Shown: positions 1-13,687, counted from the first letter of the stretch. The stretch: DNA of 64,000 nt from Lytechinus pictus (GCF_037042905.1 NC_087249.1:49972001-50036000); one strand, 5' to 3'. Made by a program: numbers and translations. The notes: generated from the sequence alone by a model not told the origin.

Positions 1-491
1 CATCATAACTTTGAAAGTTTATGGATCTGATTCATGAAACTTGGACATAATAGTAATCAAGTATTACTGAACATCCTGTGTAAGTTTCAGGTCACATGAT
101 CAAGGTCAAAGGTCATTTAGGGTCAATGAACTTTGGCCAAATTGGGGTATTTGTTGAATTACAGCCATAAATTTGAAAGTGTGTTGGTCTAGTTCATAAA
201 ACTTGGACATAATAGTAATCAAGTATCACTGAACATCCTGTGCGAGTTTCAGGTCACATGATCAAGGTCAAAGGTCATGTAAGGTCAAAGAACTTTGGCC
301 ACGTTGGGGGTATTTGTTGAATTGCCATCATATCTCTATAAGTGTATTGGTCTAGTTCATAAAACGTGGAAATAAGAGTAACCAAGTATCACTGAACATC
401 TTGTGCGAGTTATAGTAGTTTTCAAAATCAGCACTGCTGCTATATTGAATCGCGTGATGCAGGTGAGACGGCCAGAGGCATTCCACTTGTT
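1..491 (+). mobile_element. 3' part of a Helentron/Tsp(HINE)-like non-autonomous element with internal ~162-bp tandem repeats
   Basis: About 2.5 copies of a 162-163 bp unit containing AGGTCAAAGGTCA (aaacttggacataat recurs at ~37, ~199, ~362). They are followed by a unique end GCAGGTGAGAC..GGCCAGAGGC..CTTGTT. Family assignment is from architecture only. Confidence 0.6.
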
Positions 492-1104
492 CTATATTGG
501 ACTTCCATGGCTAGTCGGTAGATTGGGTCTGTTGGACGGCTTTGTACACCGCTTTGTACACCGAGAAACAGGAATTGGCAGCAAAGGGTTGTTATTATCC
601 GAAGCCTCCTTCTTCTTGGCTGGGTCCTAGCGGTGAACGCTCGATCATATTTCATCTGATTCAATCAACTTCTTACTCTTAGACCATTCGGTGGAAGACA
701 TCCCGTATAGAGTCTCCAAGTGGAAAAAATTTGCCCATTCCATGTTCAGAAGTGTCGGCGAAGGAACGGGTAGGTCTTTTTGTCCAGCGATACTTGAGTA
801 ATTTCTGTAAAATAATCCAGGACGTGTTCTGTTAGAGGACCAAGCGGTATAACAACCGATCTTGCGGTTCGGTCTTCTTCGGTACGATTGGCCATGTGGT
901 GAAACATAGTAAACTGGGATAAGTTCATGTTTGGTTTCTTGATGAATCGGACTTGATGAATTTATCAAGGGATGTTTGAATGATAGGTCGGTCTCGGTCA
1001 GATTAGGTGGCGGTTCGTTCCTTCAAATCGTTCCAAACACTAATGATGGCGGGAGATGATCATCACTCTTGGGGCTTAGCCCAACATCTTTTCCGCCTCC
1101 ATAA

Positions 1105-2669
1105 CAGTGGCGTAACAGGCGGGGGGGGGGCAGGGGGGGCAAGCTGCCCCCCTTGCGGAGCTCACCGGGAAAAGAAAAAAAGGGGGGAAGAAAGGGAAAG
1201 GGAAAGGAAAGAAAAAAGGGGAAAGGAAAAGGGAAAAGAAAACTAAGAAAAAACAAAAAAAGGGAAAACGGGAAGATAACGGGAAAAGGAAGGAAAGAAG
1301 AACAAGTGAGAAAGAACAATCCTCCCCGATATACAAATACATTAGCATGATTAGTAAGACAGGGAAATAAATTAAAGATGACAAAAAGGCAAACAAAAGC
1401 GGGAAATAAAGGCAGAATGGAATTAGCCAAAATCTAAATTGGAAAATAAAGAATAGGGACAAGATAACGTACACTATATACCGGGCTGCCGAGGATTGAA
1501 ATAACGAGCGGGAAGAAAAATGGATGGTATATAGCATAATGTCGTATGAAAGTCTATCATAAACTTGCTAAATCTCCAAAGGCTCTGTCCAAGAGTCAAG
1601 ACCCCATGCAGTGGGGGCTCTTCATCTGTAACCTTTAATGGGTTCTATAACGGGCCCCTATATGGACCCTTCCTGCATTAAGCTTCACGTTGAAGCACTG
1701 GCGTACCGGGGGGTGGTTCCACAGCCAAGGGGAAATAAAAGAAAATAAAGGAGCCAGCGAACTGAGATGAATGAAAAAAAATATATGACATGATATTTGC
1801 TATAATGATGTAAAAATATATCATATAATTAGAATTTCATTTTAACAGGCCATTTTTTTTCTGGCTCGCTTCGCTTGCTGGCGACTTTTTACAAATTTTT
1901 CCCACATTTGCTATGGTGTGCCCCTCACAATATTTGGATGATTACGATACACAACTGCATTGAATTTATGTGTTGTGTGAAAGCTATATAAATATACACG
2001 CACTTTGATTAAAATAAGTGACCATCTGTAAGGTTTAAAATGGCTTTGATATCAAGAGGTTCCGGGGCTTTGCCCTGGACCCCACCCATAAAGCACTGTT
2101 ATATGGATGAGTTTGGACCATGGCCCCCAAAAGTTCTACAACCAAACAAATAAAATGAGGAAAGAAAGGAAAGTGTATTATATTTTTCTGAATATCACGT
2201 TAAAATCTATCTTCATGTTAGATTCTCATGAAAAGGTGATTTTTTTTTCTCGCTCGCTTCGCTCGTTCGGGACCCATATTAAGCTACTTCTTGCCACAAG
2301 CGCCATACTCGGCCCCCTCGAGCATATAGAGCTTCGCCCTGATGCTCACAATCATAACAAAAATCCTGTTCACCGTGGCGTACAAAAAAAGGGAAAGAGC
2401 GGAGGGTGAAATATGATATCATATTTTTAACATTATGTCGAAATCTATCACGAAATTTGATTTTTGCAATAAAAATGTCAAAATTTTTTGCTCGCTCGCT
2501 TCGCTCGCTTATATATATATATATAAATATATGCCCGATACACCATATCGCTCCCTCAAAATGTTTGCCTTATGACGCCATTGCCTGTTCCATGATATGA
2601 CCGGGAAATTTTTGGCTCTTGCCCCCCCCCCCCCCCCCTGCATGGCAACCGATCCCTGTTACGCCGCTG
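1105..2669. mobile_element. Non-autonomous hAT-like DNA transposon
   Basis: 15-bp TIR CAGTGGCGTAACAGG / CCTGTTACGCCGCTG (1 mismatch). Perfect 8-bp TSD CTCCATAA (1097-1104, 2670-2677). Interior has a purine-rich tract and repeated GCTCGCTTCGCTCG motifs. Confidence 0.9.
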
Positions 2670-2884
2670 CTCCATAATTATTATCGCCCCCGTTTTTAAG
2701 TTGTCCCCCCGTTTACCCTATTTGGGAAGGGTCGGTACCTCACACCCTTTCCCCTTAATTGCCACTGTGACTGATTCGATATTCTCCAATTTGATTTGAT
2801 GTTAGTCAGTCTCTTGTCTCGAGACCTAGGGTCAAGGATCCGTAAGTTCGTGTCTACAAAACATGCATTTCCTCGGAGATACTA

Positions 2885-3263
2885 CAGTACGTATAAAAAA
2901 ACTGAACAGTTTTGAAAAGTCTATCAAAATTTTATTTCAAATTATGATGTCTATATTTTGTTGTTAATAGATGCTCTGAAGTCTTATCTGTCAAATACAA
3001 TAAAAAGAAGAAGTTTCGTTCATGCTTGAGCGAACACCGAACATTTTTGTCAGGGGTTTAATAAAGAGGCTTTTTTTCTAACCCCTGACAAAAACGTTCC
3101 GTGTTTGCTCAAGCGTGTACGAAATTCATTTTTTAATGGCATTTGAAAGATAAGACATCAGAGCATCTATTAACATCAAAGCATAGACATCATAATTTGA
3201 AACATTTGAAACCAAATTTTGATTGATTTTCCAAACCCGTCCCCCTTTTTTTGATACGCACTG
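2885..3263. mobile_element. Tc1/mariner-type foldback MITE
   Basis: TA|CAGT...ACTG|TA termini; the two ~175-bp halves are imperfect inverted repeats. Confidence 0.88.
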
Positions 3264-3970
3264 TATGATAAAGAAACATTGAAATCATACTAGCCTCCAA
3301 GTAACAGATATTTGACACGTTAAATGTATTCGATATTTCGATTATAGTTCGTTTTTTATATTAGGTTGGCATAATGTTTTACATTACGTTTGTTTTCTCT
3401 TAGTTGTCTCAGATATAAACAAGAAAAGAATATGATTCCATTGCATTTATATTCAGGGAAATGATATATTCAATTCTTACCTTCGTATAAGAGAATGGTC
3501 TTTGTTGGCAGCATGAATTTTAAACAGTGGTCAATTCCACCACATACGAAATGTATGGTAAACTAGGCAATAAAAGAAACAAAATGTTTCTTATTTATTC
3601 AATGTTAATGTTGCCACATCGATGGTAATGCAAATACGCTATATTGTTGCGTCATTTTGCGCTCTAATATATACGCATCTGATTGGTTGAAAAGTAAATG
3701 CGCACGCATCCATAAGAGTGCATGACGACACAATGATGAAGCGTAATGGGCATAACCTGGGTATAATTAAAAGTGGTGGATCCGGGGAGGGGGGGGGGGG
3801 GTTCATCCGGCCCCCTTGAGAGTATGCATAGTCAATATTTTTAATGCAAATATGCCGCTCATACACAAGTGTGCCCCCCCCCTTAAGAGTCACAGCCAAT
3901 GCTATTAATGAGACTTTTTTTTTACTTGTCAAATTTTCCGAGGGAAAATGTGCTCCCCCCTTTGCAAGGA

Positions 3971-4166
3971 GGCGCGATAGCTCAGTCGGTAGAGCGGGGG
4001 ACTCGTATTCCGGTGACCCGGGTTCGATTCTCACTTGGTACGCTAGTGCCCTTTGGTAAGGCATTAATCCTCAGTACCAGGTCCTTCGGAGAGGACCTTA
4101 AGCCGTCGGTCCTCTGGTTGCTTGCTTACAAGTATTCATGCTTTCTTAGCAATCAGGTAAAAAATC
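3971..4166 (+). mobile_element. tRNA-derived SINE
   Basis: A-box TAGCTCAGTCGG and B-box GGTTCGATTCT. Acceptor stem does not close. Followed by a non-tRNA body with a Meta-like motif (TCGGAGAGGACCTTAAGCCGTCGGTCC) and an A-rich end. Confidence 0.8.
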
Positions 4167-6493
4167 ACCACCAATATTTCCACAAAACCCTGGAACCGCT
4201 CCTGCCTTATATGGGTAACTATATTCTAGGGAAGAATAAAAATGCGTTTCTGCGTTTCTTGGTGCTGTTGACTAATAAATTCATCATTTCCTGATGAAGC
4301 CCTATGGGCGAAAATTTGATCAATTTTTCTATCTACGTTTGTTTTATTCACCTTGTATTTTGCTTTGCTTATATTCTAGGGAGCCGAGGGAAAGCTTTGC
4401 TCTCCCCGGGGACTTCACTGGAGAATGAAAGGGGGGGGGGGTGCACTGTACGTGTCCCACCTTTTGGCATGTCGGAAAAATCGTAAGTGCATGCCCTTGC
4501 CCCCCCCTCCTCTGAAGAGAAATATGTTATCGGTTATCGGGTAAAACATACATGAGACCTATGCAATGGATATACAAGAGTACTGGTATTCAATTAAAGT
4601 ATTAGGTCTACAGTCTTTCCCGATGTTAAGCTGAATATAGCTTTTTATAAAAAAAAAAGAAGAAGAAGACGAGAAACGTACAAACGTGTAGTATAGGAAA
4701 ATTTCTTAATTGAATGAAAATCTCTAAAATAGGCGAAAATATAATGATCAGTAGGCATCTACCATTCATGCCTATACTATATAAAGGCAAGTGCACCCCA
4801 ACAGAAAAAAAAAAATTTTTAAACGAGAATATCGTTAACAATTTCATCGAAATTTAATATAAAATAAGAAAGTCATGACAATGCAAAATTTTGCGTATTA
4901 TAAAATTAACATGTGGTCAAGGAAGAATCAAAGTTTGTTTTGCGTTATGGGGGAAAAAAAACCATATCTCTTATACTAATTAATGAAATAATGAAATTTA
5001 GCGAAATTTTCAAACGTCACAAAACTCTCATTTTTACATCTGATTTTTATAAAATTTTCAGCATTAAAATTATTCGATATTTCATTTTTTATTCAAATGA
5101 AAACTTGTATGTAGGGGACTGTTGTAATTATGTACAAACGTGGACGGGGATGTTGTAAGAATTTAAAAAAATGATTGAGGAAAGGATGGCGGAGCCTGAA
5201 TAGCAACTGGTGTATGATGGTTTGGGGGTGATTGACCTCCGAAAGTCCCATAACCAAGAACAAAAAAGGGAAGACGAAAAAGAAAGCAAAGGAAACGGAA
5301 ACGGATGAGTAATATGATTTAACAAACAGTATTTTAATATCTATCACAAAATATTTTTAATCTGAAAAAAATATCAAAATATTACTTTTGTTTATTTTGT
5401 CCCATGCGCCATGCATCTTTCCCTCAAAATGTTGGGCTCATTACCACATTTTACCCACCCCCCCTCCATCGATATAGCCAGGGCCCTGGGAACGATTTTC
5501 TTTGCAGGGGCCGGGGGTGCTGATGTAAATTTGACAAGCAAGGGAGGAAAAGGGTTTCACTACAAAATGTACGTCATTTTGCTTACATGTCTCATTTGCC
5601 TCACCTACCAGAATTCCAGGGGTAGTGCCAGCATGCAGCACTCAGCACCCCGGGTCGGCACCCCCAGCACCTTTGCTTCCCAGGGCCATTTATAGCCCCC
5701 ATCGTAAGAAGCAATATACAAGAGAAGCATATTGGACTGAAAAAGAATCTTGATCATGATTATTATTAGTAGATATTCTGTTCAGAGTTGGCCGGAGTGT
5801 GAATTACAGGTAGTAAATACCGCCTCAAATAATTTTTTGAGGAAAATGCAAAATAGTAAGAAGTGCAAGGGAAATACTGCGAAATTTTTATTTATTGAAC
5901 ATTTTCAGGTATTGCCTATAATAGGTGTTCTGTACTAGCTGTATAATTTTTCCCTGTGCCTCCGTGTAGGCCTACATCTTATTACATCCCAGCATTTACA
6001 AGTTTTTCCCAGTATTTCCAAAATGGGCAGGAAATACGCAAATTTCCTGAATATTTGCCAATCCTGGTTTTATGCTACTTTTGTTATATACACTCTAAAC
6101 ACTCATGACTGAGCAGTGACCGATTTATAGAAAAAAAAATCCTGCCGAGGAAATCAGTCTTTATTGTAAACCTAGTAAATAACAAACCATTATCGTGTTT
6201 AATCTAGCATTTTCAAAATGAAAATCTCAATTGAAATATGATTACTTATCTGATCTGCCCTGGAATTGAACTGGAACTGACTTTACAACCATGCCTAGTT
6301 CTGTATACTGTTTTTATGAAAGTTCTTTTGAAATTGGCAATATATGTCCATTTCGCTGGTAAACCTCTTCTCCCCAAAATATCTGCAATTTCTTATGACC
6401 AATAGAAAATATTGGTAATATGATCCATGATCCATATGATCCATAATTATGATCGAAGTCAGAAGAATTGAGGGGAAAATCCCCTGTGCGTGT

Positions 6494-6514
6494 TTGCCGT
6501 TAGAGGGCGCGCTC
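6494..6514 (+). promoter_or_regulatory. CTCF-like motif in ZCCHC10 promoter/5'UTR
   Basis: TTGCCGTTAGAGGGCGCGCTC resembles the CCASYAGRKGGCRS consensus, ~20 nt before the ATG. Motif match only. Confidence 0.3.
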
Positions 6515-6530
6515 ACTCAAAGCAGCAGAT

Positions 6531-6568
6531 ATGGCGACGAGGATTGCATTGTTAAACGCCAAAAGAAA
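6531..6568 (+). CDS. ZCCHC10: Zinc finger CCHC domain-containing protein 10, coding exon 1
   Basis: ATG..MATRIALLNAKR, then AA|gtaaga donor (phase 2). Resembles the vertebrate ZCCHC10 start MATPMHRLIARRQ, and the phase fits exon 2. Confidence 0.8.
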
Positions 6569-6876
6569 GTAAGAAAACTCGATTTTTATCACATTATTTT
6601 AGTCTAATGTACGACATTTATTGATGGGTAATGTTAGTATGGACTAACGTGTGATTTTGCAAGTTTTATGTGGTGTTTTGTGTTGTTTATCTGGGGTGTG
6701 AATGAAAATTGGTGTGTCTGTGTGACAAATGAATGAAAGCTGACCGGAAATTACACGGGAAAAAAATGTATTTGATTCTGCATACAAAATTATCGTCCTT
6801 TCTGTTGGTTATTTTGGCCTGGCCAAGCCAGTGAGCTGTGGATGGATGTATGAAATCATGAAAGTATTCAAATTAA

Positions 6877-9800
6877 AGGAGAATGAAACCCTTGAAACCA
6901 GCTGAATCCATATCAAAGAGAAAAATCAAAGAAACATATTGTTGAAAGTTTGAGGAAGATCAAGATTGGATAAATAATAAGAAAGTTATGAGCATTTGAA
7001 TATTGAGATCACTAATGCCATGTAGATCCTCCTATTGGCAATGCGACCAAGATCTGTGATGTCACCATAGAGATGTATACTAACTACGCTAGAGTGCGGA
7101 GTCGCCATAGGCGCGCGTACTTAACGTCTGTGATTGTGTGGAGCGTGGCGGCCATTGCTCGATAGGTATAGATTCGCAAAAGTACCCGGATGTACACATA
7201 GCTCGTACGTTGTAACGCTGTGAAAAGGGGTGCCGTCTCCGGCCTTTATCTTGAAGAAAAGAACACAACCTCATAAAAATCGAAAATATGAATGACAAAT
7301 TGCATCTCAATACACTATTAGAGTGATTACATGGGGATTATGCTATTAATTTGGCATTTTAAAAACCTGATTTCTCGGGATGAAATTCTAAATAATTTGC
7401 ATTTACCTGTCCGTTTATAGGCCTGTAATAGATAACAATGTTGATATACTATCATATAAACAATCATATAAAAATAAAAACATACAGCGGACATTAATAG
7501 AAAGATTGACAATTAATTCAAAAGACTGCAGTGAATTAGCCCTTCTCTGGATTTCCCTACCTTTAACTGCATCGTCCTCCTCAAGTTCCATCCTTCCCAC
7601 ATATACGTCCTTTGATTCTATGTTTATGTTGGATATAATTTTGTAATTTCTATATAGGCCTACATGATATGTAACTTGCTTTAATTTGTATGAAATATAG
7701 GCCTATCATTTTTATATATTAAGTTGTACAATAATTCTGTATAAGTTAGTGTTTTGATCTACATGCACTATTAAAGGGCATCTCATTATTGTTCTTGGTG
7801 AGCCTCCCGTTACACCATCAATGTTGAAATTTGTGTTATTTGGTGAAGGTGCTGATTTTGTTCTTATAGGAACATAATAAATTCCCCAAAATCTGCAGGC
7901 CTATATGGCCCGAAAATAAAATATTGATTTAAAATGTCGAGAATATAGCCTAATTTGTTCAAACTTTTCAAAAATGACAGTTTTAATTCCCTTCACTTTA
8001 AGTTAGATTTGTTTTAATTCGCTTTTTAGGGGCCGTGTGTGCAATTAAAATAACAAACACACCTAAGCAAATTCGCTTTAACATACTGATCAAAATAAAA
8101 TACAGGGGGCGCGACCGGACCCCTCCCTGAAATGAAAATGAACATTACACATAATAAATGATTGTGATTTTATACACCCCATCACTTTCAAAATCATTCC
8201 GCGACGCCGTAACATAATATAATAATTTTGTTCATCCATGGAAATCTTATTTAAAAAAAACTGATCGAATAACCAAACTCAGGTCCATAGGCCAGCAAAT
8301 GACATTAAAGGAAGAAAACTAGAAAATCAAATTCAGTTATACTTTTAAAATGAAAAACAAAACTGGATATTCAAAACGCGTGTTTATCTGTTTATATGTT
8401 AGGCCGGTGCCAGTGCTTACAAATATTTGCCATAAAGTTCATTTATTCAAGCGACACAGACACAGTTAATTAACACAATTTCAAGGCAGGTATCAAATTT
8501 GAGATTAAATTAGGATTTTTAATATCTTATTCCAAGTATTGTCACTTTTGCAATATTATTGTTTCATAATTATGTTTGGTTTTAGTACTCACAATTTTGC
8601 AACCGTTTTCATAATTATGATAAGTTTGCATTGATGTCTTTCATGATATTAGTTTTATACACTCTTGCAGTAGTAATAATATTCTTTATAGTATAATACA
8701 AATTATATATCATAATCCCGCCCCTTTTCTTCTCTCCTTCTCCCCCTTCTTCCTCTCCTTATTATTCTATCCTTGATTTGTTCACATGATATTGGTCCAA
8801 TCATTATAGGATCAGAAACAACGGCGATAAACAAAATATTTCAGCCAGTTTGCCGATCAGCATATTTTCAGCCGGGGAGAATCAAGTCTATACTTTCCAG
8901 AAAATCAAAGTAAAATTGTTTTGCGCATTGTGATTTGTTTACTCTCCGAAGTTTTAAAATGTTTGCAAGGCAATAACACTGTACATAAACATCCAACCCC
9001 CCATTAGGCCTCCTGTACATTGCAAAATTGTACGACTGCATGCGCGCATTTGATATGCAAATTTTGCTGTCAACAAACTTTTCTATACATTGATCGCAAG
9101 TAAGAAAGTATACTTTTATATACATATTTATAAATATGATGGGATGGTTGCCAGCAAAGGAAATCTAAATCATCAATTTTTAACTGAATCAATGCGTAAA
9201 TCATTTCCAAATATCAATAAAAAGTCATTTTATGATTCGCGAGTTTTTGTGATGTTGGTTTACATCAGCGTGTAAGACATGGGGAAAAGGAATCGAGTTA
9301 TTATAGGCCCTATTGTGTAGATATATATGGAAAATGAATTATAACAATTATCTAAAGTGAAGAAATAAATTATCAGCAATCAGCATAATAGTAATTAGGA
9401 AACTATGAACTATAAAAATACAATCGTGTTTTTTTTTTCGATACAGCGTCTCAGATGCATCAGACACTGTGATATGGCCTATGAATTTTCTTAGGTTAAT
9501 GTACATCAAATCATATTAAAACACATTAAATTTATTTATCAGGACCTAGGCCTAAATGTTATTTTTGATATTCATCTCTTCCAAATCATTAGAAAATAGA
9601 AGTCATATTAATGTATCGAAATTTTACCTAAGCAAAAACAATTGGGACTTTAAATCGTTTGCCTGTATTATAGCTGTATCGGCCTATATTATGCGCTATA
9701 GATAGGCCTATATAGGCCTTTTGACCTCAGTTTTGCTAGATTTTTGTTGTATTTGAACTTTAATCCAGTGCAATATTTACAATTTTGCTTTTCCATATGC

Positions 9801-10398
9801 TTTCGTGCTCATATGTCATCAATTTGTCATGTTCTGTGCTCATCCGTGTACATGCCCCATAGGTACTGTACGCGCATGGCAGGCTGCGAATACCTATCGA
9901 GCAATGGCGGACGGTCTCCACGTAATCACAGCGATTTGACGAAGTACGCCCTCTAGCGTTACTAGTATACATCTCTATGGATGTCACCCACGTACAACTC
10001 CCTCATTACTTTAGTACTTATTTCACTTATATATTCTCACTTTTATAGAGTCTATCACAAGGTGAGGTGTTCTCTTTATGAGAGGACAAGTACAGAGGTT
10101 TCACAACATTATATCATTGATGAATCGTTTGTCATATGATTAGAATGAGCAAAAAGAGATGTTTTGGGGTATATTTTCAGTGTCCAAAAGGGGAGAGTTG
10201 TTCATCTGTGACATCATAGATCTTGGTCGCATTGCCAATGGGAGGATCTCCATAGCATTAGTGATCTCGACATTCAAATGCTCATAACTCTTCTATTGCT
10301 AGTCCTATTAAAGTATTATACTCAAACTTTTGTTGATCTTATTCTTTGATTTTTCTGCTTTCACAAAAGCTAACTTGCTCCAAGAGTTTCATTCTCCT
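6877..10398. mobile_element. TTAA-flanked Kolobok-type MITE (~600 bp) interrupted by a 2.9-kb insertion
   Basis: TTAA|AGGAGAATGAAAC ... GTTTCATTCTCCT|TTAA, with ~190-bp imperfect inverted arms. Confidence 0.85.
7066..9979. mobile_element. Non-autonomous P-element-like transposon nested in the MITE
   Basis: TIR CATAGAGATGTATACTA (17 bp perfect, 29 bp with 3 mismatches). 8-bp TSD GATGTCAC (7058-7065, 9980-9987). 19-bp perfect subterminal inverted repeat (7151-7169 / 9890-9908). No transposase ORF. Confidence 0.85.
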
Positions 10399-12333
10399 TT
10401 AATGAACTAACTAGCGCCTGCTAGACTCCCCTACTACTAGACTGTCGGCATGTCGCCAGATGTAGGCCCTAAAGGCCTAATTTGACTTTGCAAAACTATC
10501 ATAAAAATTCATAGACATAGACATAGTATCAAATTTCAAACTAGACCGAGGCGATAAACATTTTATTTTAATAACTTAATTTAGGCCTAAAACCCCAAAA
10601 CATCTTTTCCTACATTTTCGTCGTAAATTTTGTGTTTTTGTCCCCCCAAATCTTGGCCAAAGTGCCCACAACGCCACGGCATTAACCAGTCATGCCAGTC
10701 ATGTCAGTCACCATGGTAAAAAGACTTCGGTCCAGAGCAAGTCAAAGTTTAGTCAAGTGACAAGTTTCTTTTTTTTGCTGGGTCCAATTTATCTTTGAAA
10801 AGAAGTCAGTCAAATCAGGTGAAGATTTGAAGTTGTGCCATTACATCAGTGCGACTGCGATGTAACAATTTGAATTTTAGACCACAAGCAAATACATCTA
10901 GATAATGTAGATTTGTATCCTCTGCTCCGGCCTCTAGAAATTCTTTGTCTCCATTTTGCTAAAAAAAAATTTCATGATATCTAATTCCGGTGTTGAATTC
11001 TTGGCAAATTTGTTAGCCCAAATTCAATGCTTTAAAGCCACAAGTGAAAGTTTTTGTTTCAAGCTTCACAATTTCTTATTCAGACTACAAAAAAAATATA
11101 TCAAAATTTTTTTTGGGAGGATGGGGCTGCCACTTTCGTTATTTCTTCTAAAGCATATTATTTTGCCAAAGACAATGGTTCATTTCAAATTTAAGGCAGC
11201 ATGGTATTAGGAGTGCATGAGTTCTTTCAGAGCACATATTTTAGAGCTCAGTTTTGTCTATTAATCTCTCTAATCAGTTGGAGAACATTGCCAAGATAAG
11301 AAATTAAGAGTCTCCCTACCACAATATCATCTCCAAAAAGGAGCCTAATATATAAATTTGAGTAATGCTATCCAATTTCACATGTAGTCTTAAATTTGAG
11401 AGACCATTTTTAAAAACATTTAGTGCAAAATGATTACTTTGGCCTCTCATAAAAACACAGATAGATGTTTGTGGTTAATTGTGCAAAATTGGTACTCAAA
11501 TCTGTTTGCTCAGAATGGACAAAAAAGGTTGTATAAACAATATAGGGATTTTTTTAGATTCGTAAGTTGACAAGTGAACTGCTACAGTGTGTAGTGACTA
11601 GTAGCTGATGTCATGTTAAGGTCCTCAACAAAAAGTTGATTTGAATAATATAGAGAAATATTTATTGAACATTTGGATGAAATTTCAAAGGTTTATTGAA
11701 ATTACGATTATGACGTTTGAAATTTTGCTTATTTTTCTCATAACTAACAACTTGGTGAATACTGTGCATACTCCTAAATTTAGGAATTTCCCTGAAAAAG
11801 TCTTTTTTTGGTTGGGTATGAATGTGCTATTAATTATCAGGTACCTCTATTTTGCCTGAATTCTCATAAATTTGTGGGTATTCTTGTAATTAAGTGTGTA
11901 TGAAAGCAACTCTTGAAACTTTAAAACTTTTCCTTTCGTAAAGAGATAACAGGCACAGCGCATAATGATTTATATTTTATGTAAACAGAGCAGGTATTTT
12001 GTGGGTTCTTTGCCTTCTACTGCTCCATGAAATACATGTAGTCTCCTTTTGTTCCCTTGAAAATGAGCTACAGTACCCTTTATATGTGGGACCAAGCTCT
12101 TCACTTTCTACTGCAATGTTTTATAAATTCATCTACTAGATGGGTGTTTATACAGGGTCCATTGTTTCATGTCATTAGTTCTGTTTGGAAACAGTATGGG
12201 TCTTGTGCCTTGATCAGCACTGCAAATAAATGGCAGGGACTGTATAAACAAAGACACTACCCTCATTTAATAAAATCATAAACCTGAATGCAAACACAAA
12301 ACATGTAGGAGAACAATTGACTGCAGTGATTAA

Positions 12334-12871
12334 AGGTCAAGTCCACCCCAGAAAAAAGGTTGATTTGAAGAAAAAGAGAAAAATCAAAGAAGCATAACAC
12401 TGAACATTTCATCAAAATCGGATGTGAAATAAGAAAGTTATGACATTTTAAAGTTTCGCTTACTTTTCACAAAAAAAGTTATACATGTATACATGTACAA
12501 CTCAGTGACATGCAACTACATGTATTTCTTTTGTTTTTTACAGATTTGACAATAAGGCCCTCTTGTTAGAACCACAAAATGTTGAAATAATTGCACATGA
12601 TCCGGGAGGAATAACTCTGTTTCACATGACAACGAGGAGAAAATGAGAATATTACATATTCCATGTAATGAAATACAAAGAAATAGAGAGTGGATGATGT
12701 CATCAGTCCCCTCATTTGCATACCGACCAGGATGTGAATAAATTATTACGTGAAATTAGGCAAAACTTTAAAATGTCATAACTTATTTTACATCTGATTT
12801 TGATGAAATTTTCAGTGTTACCCTGTATGCCTGTTTGATTTTTCTCTTTTTTGAAGGGCTGGACTTCTCCT
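12334..12871. mobile_element. TTAA-flanked Kolobok-type MITE
   Basis: TTAA|AGGTCAAGTCCA ... TGGACTTCTCCT|TTAA with long imperfect arms; same family as 14870-15456. Confidence 0.8.
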
Positions 12872-13026
12872 TTAAATAGATTTAGGGTAAGGCAAGGGCA
12901 CATTTTTTATCACATTTACAGCACACATGGAAAATATTTTTATAAGGGTGCAAAAAAATATTAAGGCAAGAGAAATGGCATTGGGCTAATCAGTATGGCA
13001 TGCCATGCATACTTATTTAAACTTAA

Positions 13027-13621
13027 AGGGGAATCCAGCCTTGGCCATAAAATGTTGTGTTGGGAAGGAGAAAAATAAATTAAACAGAATGGTGAAAGTA
13101 TGAAAGAAATCGGACAAGCAATAGGAAAGTTATAGCTGCTTTAAAATTGAGATCACTAATACTATGTAGATTTCAAATTGGCAACTGGGTAATTAAATTA
13201 TGACAAGGGGCAAGGACAACTTTCCCATAGGCCATGTATTTTATTATCAGGGATTTGTGGTTTTCTCTTAAGTACCCATTCCCCTGGGGCAGTAATCTGA
13301 ATATAACCCAGGTAGTATATCGTTTTATGTCCTGATGAAATAAAAATATAATTTGAAATAAAACTTATGGGAAAAATGACATTTTAGCCATAATATGTAT
13401 TGGAGTACATGGAAGAGTAGTCCTTGCCTTACATAACTATGACATCCCATATGCGGCCAATTTGAAGTCTCCATGGGTATAGTGATTACCAATATTTATA
13501 TCTTTTAAAAATTCATAACTTTCTTGTTTTTTGTCCAATATTGTTCAAACTTTCACCCATTAACTTGTCTGATTTTTGTTTTCTTTATAAAAACAAGTTT
13601 TTATTTGGGTTGGATTCCCCT
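13027..13621. mobile_element. TTAA-flanked Kolobok-type MITE
   Basis: TTAA|AGGGGAATCCA ... TGGATTCCCCT|TTAA. Confidence 0.85.
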
Positions 13622-13687
13622 TTAAAGGCATGGGTTAAAATTACAAAGGTCTTAAAAAATACTGAACTATGATGAAAAATCACCTAG

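Noticed and set aside
1007-1537. Lys/Arg-rich and Phe-rich ORFs
   Set aside because: Translations of a purine-rich low-complexity tract inside the hAT element.
3971-4043. tRNA gene (CGT anticodon-like loop)
   Set aside because: Acceptor stem does not pair and the sequence continues into a SINE body.
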